64,000 nt of DNA, from assembly GCA_963849325.1 (NCBI GenBank), contig CAWKHF010000012.1:1440001-1504000 (forward strand), in the 5' to 3' direction. The first letter of the stretch is position 1. Each line of letters begins with the position of its first letter. Below, in pieces: positions 63,837-64,000 of this stretch. The notes under the pieces are model-generated. The model did not search any database, was not told where the DNA came from, and saw only the letters and a list, made by a program, of their open reading frames with translations. Source of the stretch: an uncultured Planctomycetota bacterium (GTDB lineage: Bacteria > Planctomycetota > Planctomycetia > Gemmatales > Gemmataceae). The translations under genes and the position numbers were made by a program.

Positions 63837-64000
63837 TCAAAACACTTCCATCACGTGCTCGCCGCCGTGGGCTGGATTGCCGATCAATCGTTGCCCTTGG
63901 AGATCGACGACCCAATCGAGCAGCTCCAGCGGCACTTGACCGATGATGACGGGAAACTCGTCGGCAATTTCACCGGCGTCGAGGGCACATTCGCGGCCCT
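63837..64000 (-). CDS. C-terminus of a retropepsin-like (clan AA) protein, runs off the window
   Basis: GREC..D..E....PVIIGQVPLELLDWVVD..QRLIGNPAHGGEH.MEVF-TGA. Confidence 0.6.
   Translation of the reverse strand, partial: GRECALDAGEIADEFPVIIGQVPLELLDWVVDLQGQRLIGNPAHGGEHVMEVF

Overview
GC-rich bacterial window. The gene content (ECF-WD40 sigma factor, DUF1080, CRTAC1-like protein, PQQ/cytochrome c fusion) suggests a planctomycete, probably Gemmataceae-like (inference). Many conserved genes (trpC, tilS, argF, nadA, zwf, ygfZ) carry single-base frameshifts, most likely uncorrected long-read indels, so CDS ends are reconstructed and approximate. Layout: (1) 1-20.4 kb is a core region (nucleotidyltransferase, YqgE, vapBC, ygfZ, CAAX protease, trpC, GT87, tilS, ECF sigma, CBM9-PQQ-dehydrogenase-cytochrome c, TlpA, argB-argD-argF). 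It contains a complete ISH3-type IS (14-bp TIRs, AGTCT target duplication) and several palindromic repeats. (2) 20.4-49.2 kb is an accessory region ending at a broken tyrosine integrase beside tRNA-Pro(CGG): a partial EPS locus, then a patchwork of intact genes, abutting gene fragments and IS remnants. (3) 49.2-57.6 kb is core (RRM protein, nadA, LOG, atypical histidine kinase with an exported partner, zwf). (4) 57.7-60.06 kb is an integrase-less integron-like cassette cluster with two attC-like sites, an AT-richer orphan ORF and toxin-antitoxin cassettes. (5) A hybrid kinase, DedA and DUF1080 close the window. No CRISPR, reverse transcriptase or rRNA seen. All family assignments come from motif recognition, not database searches.
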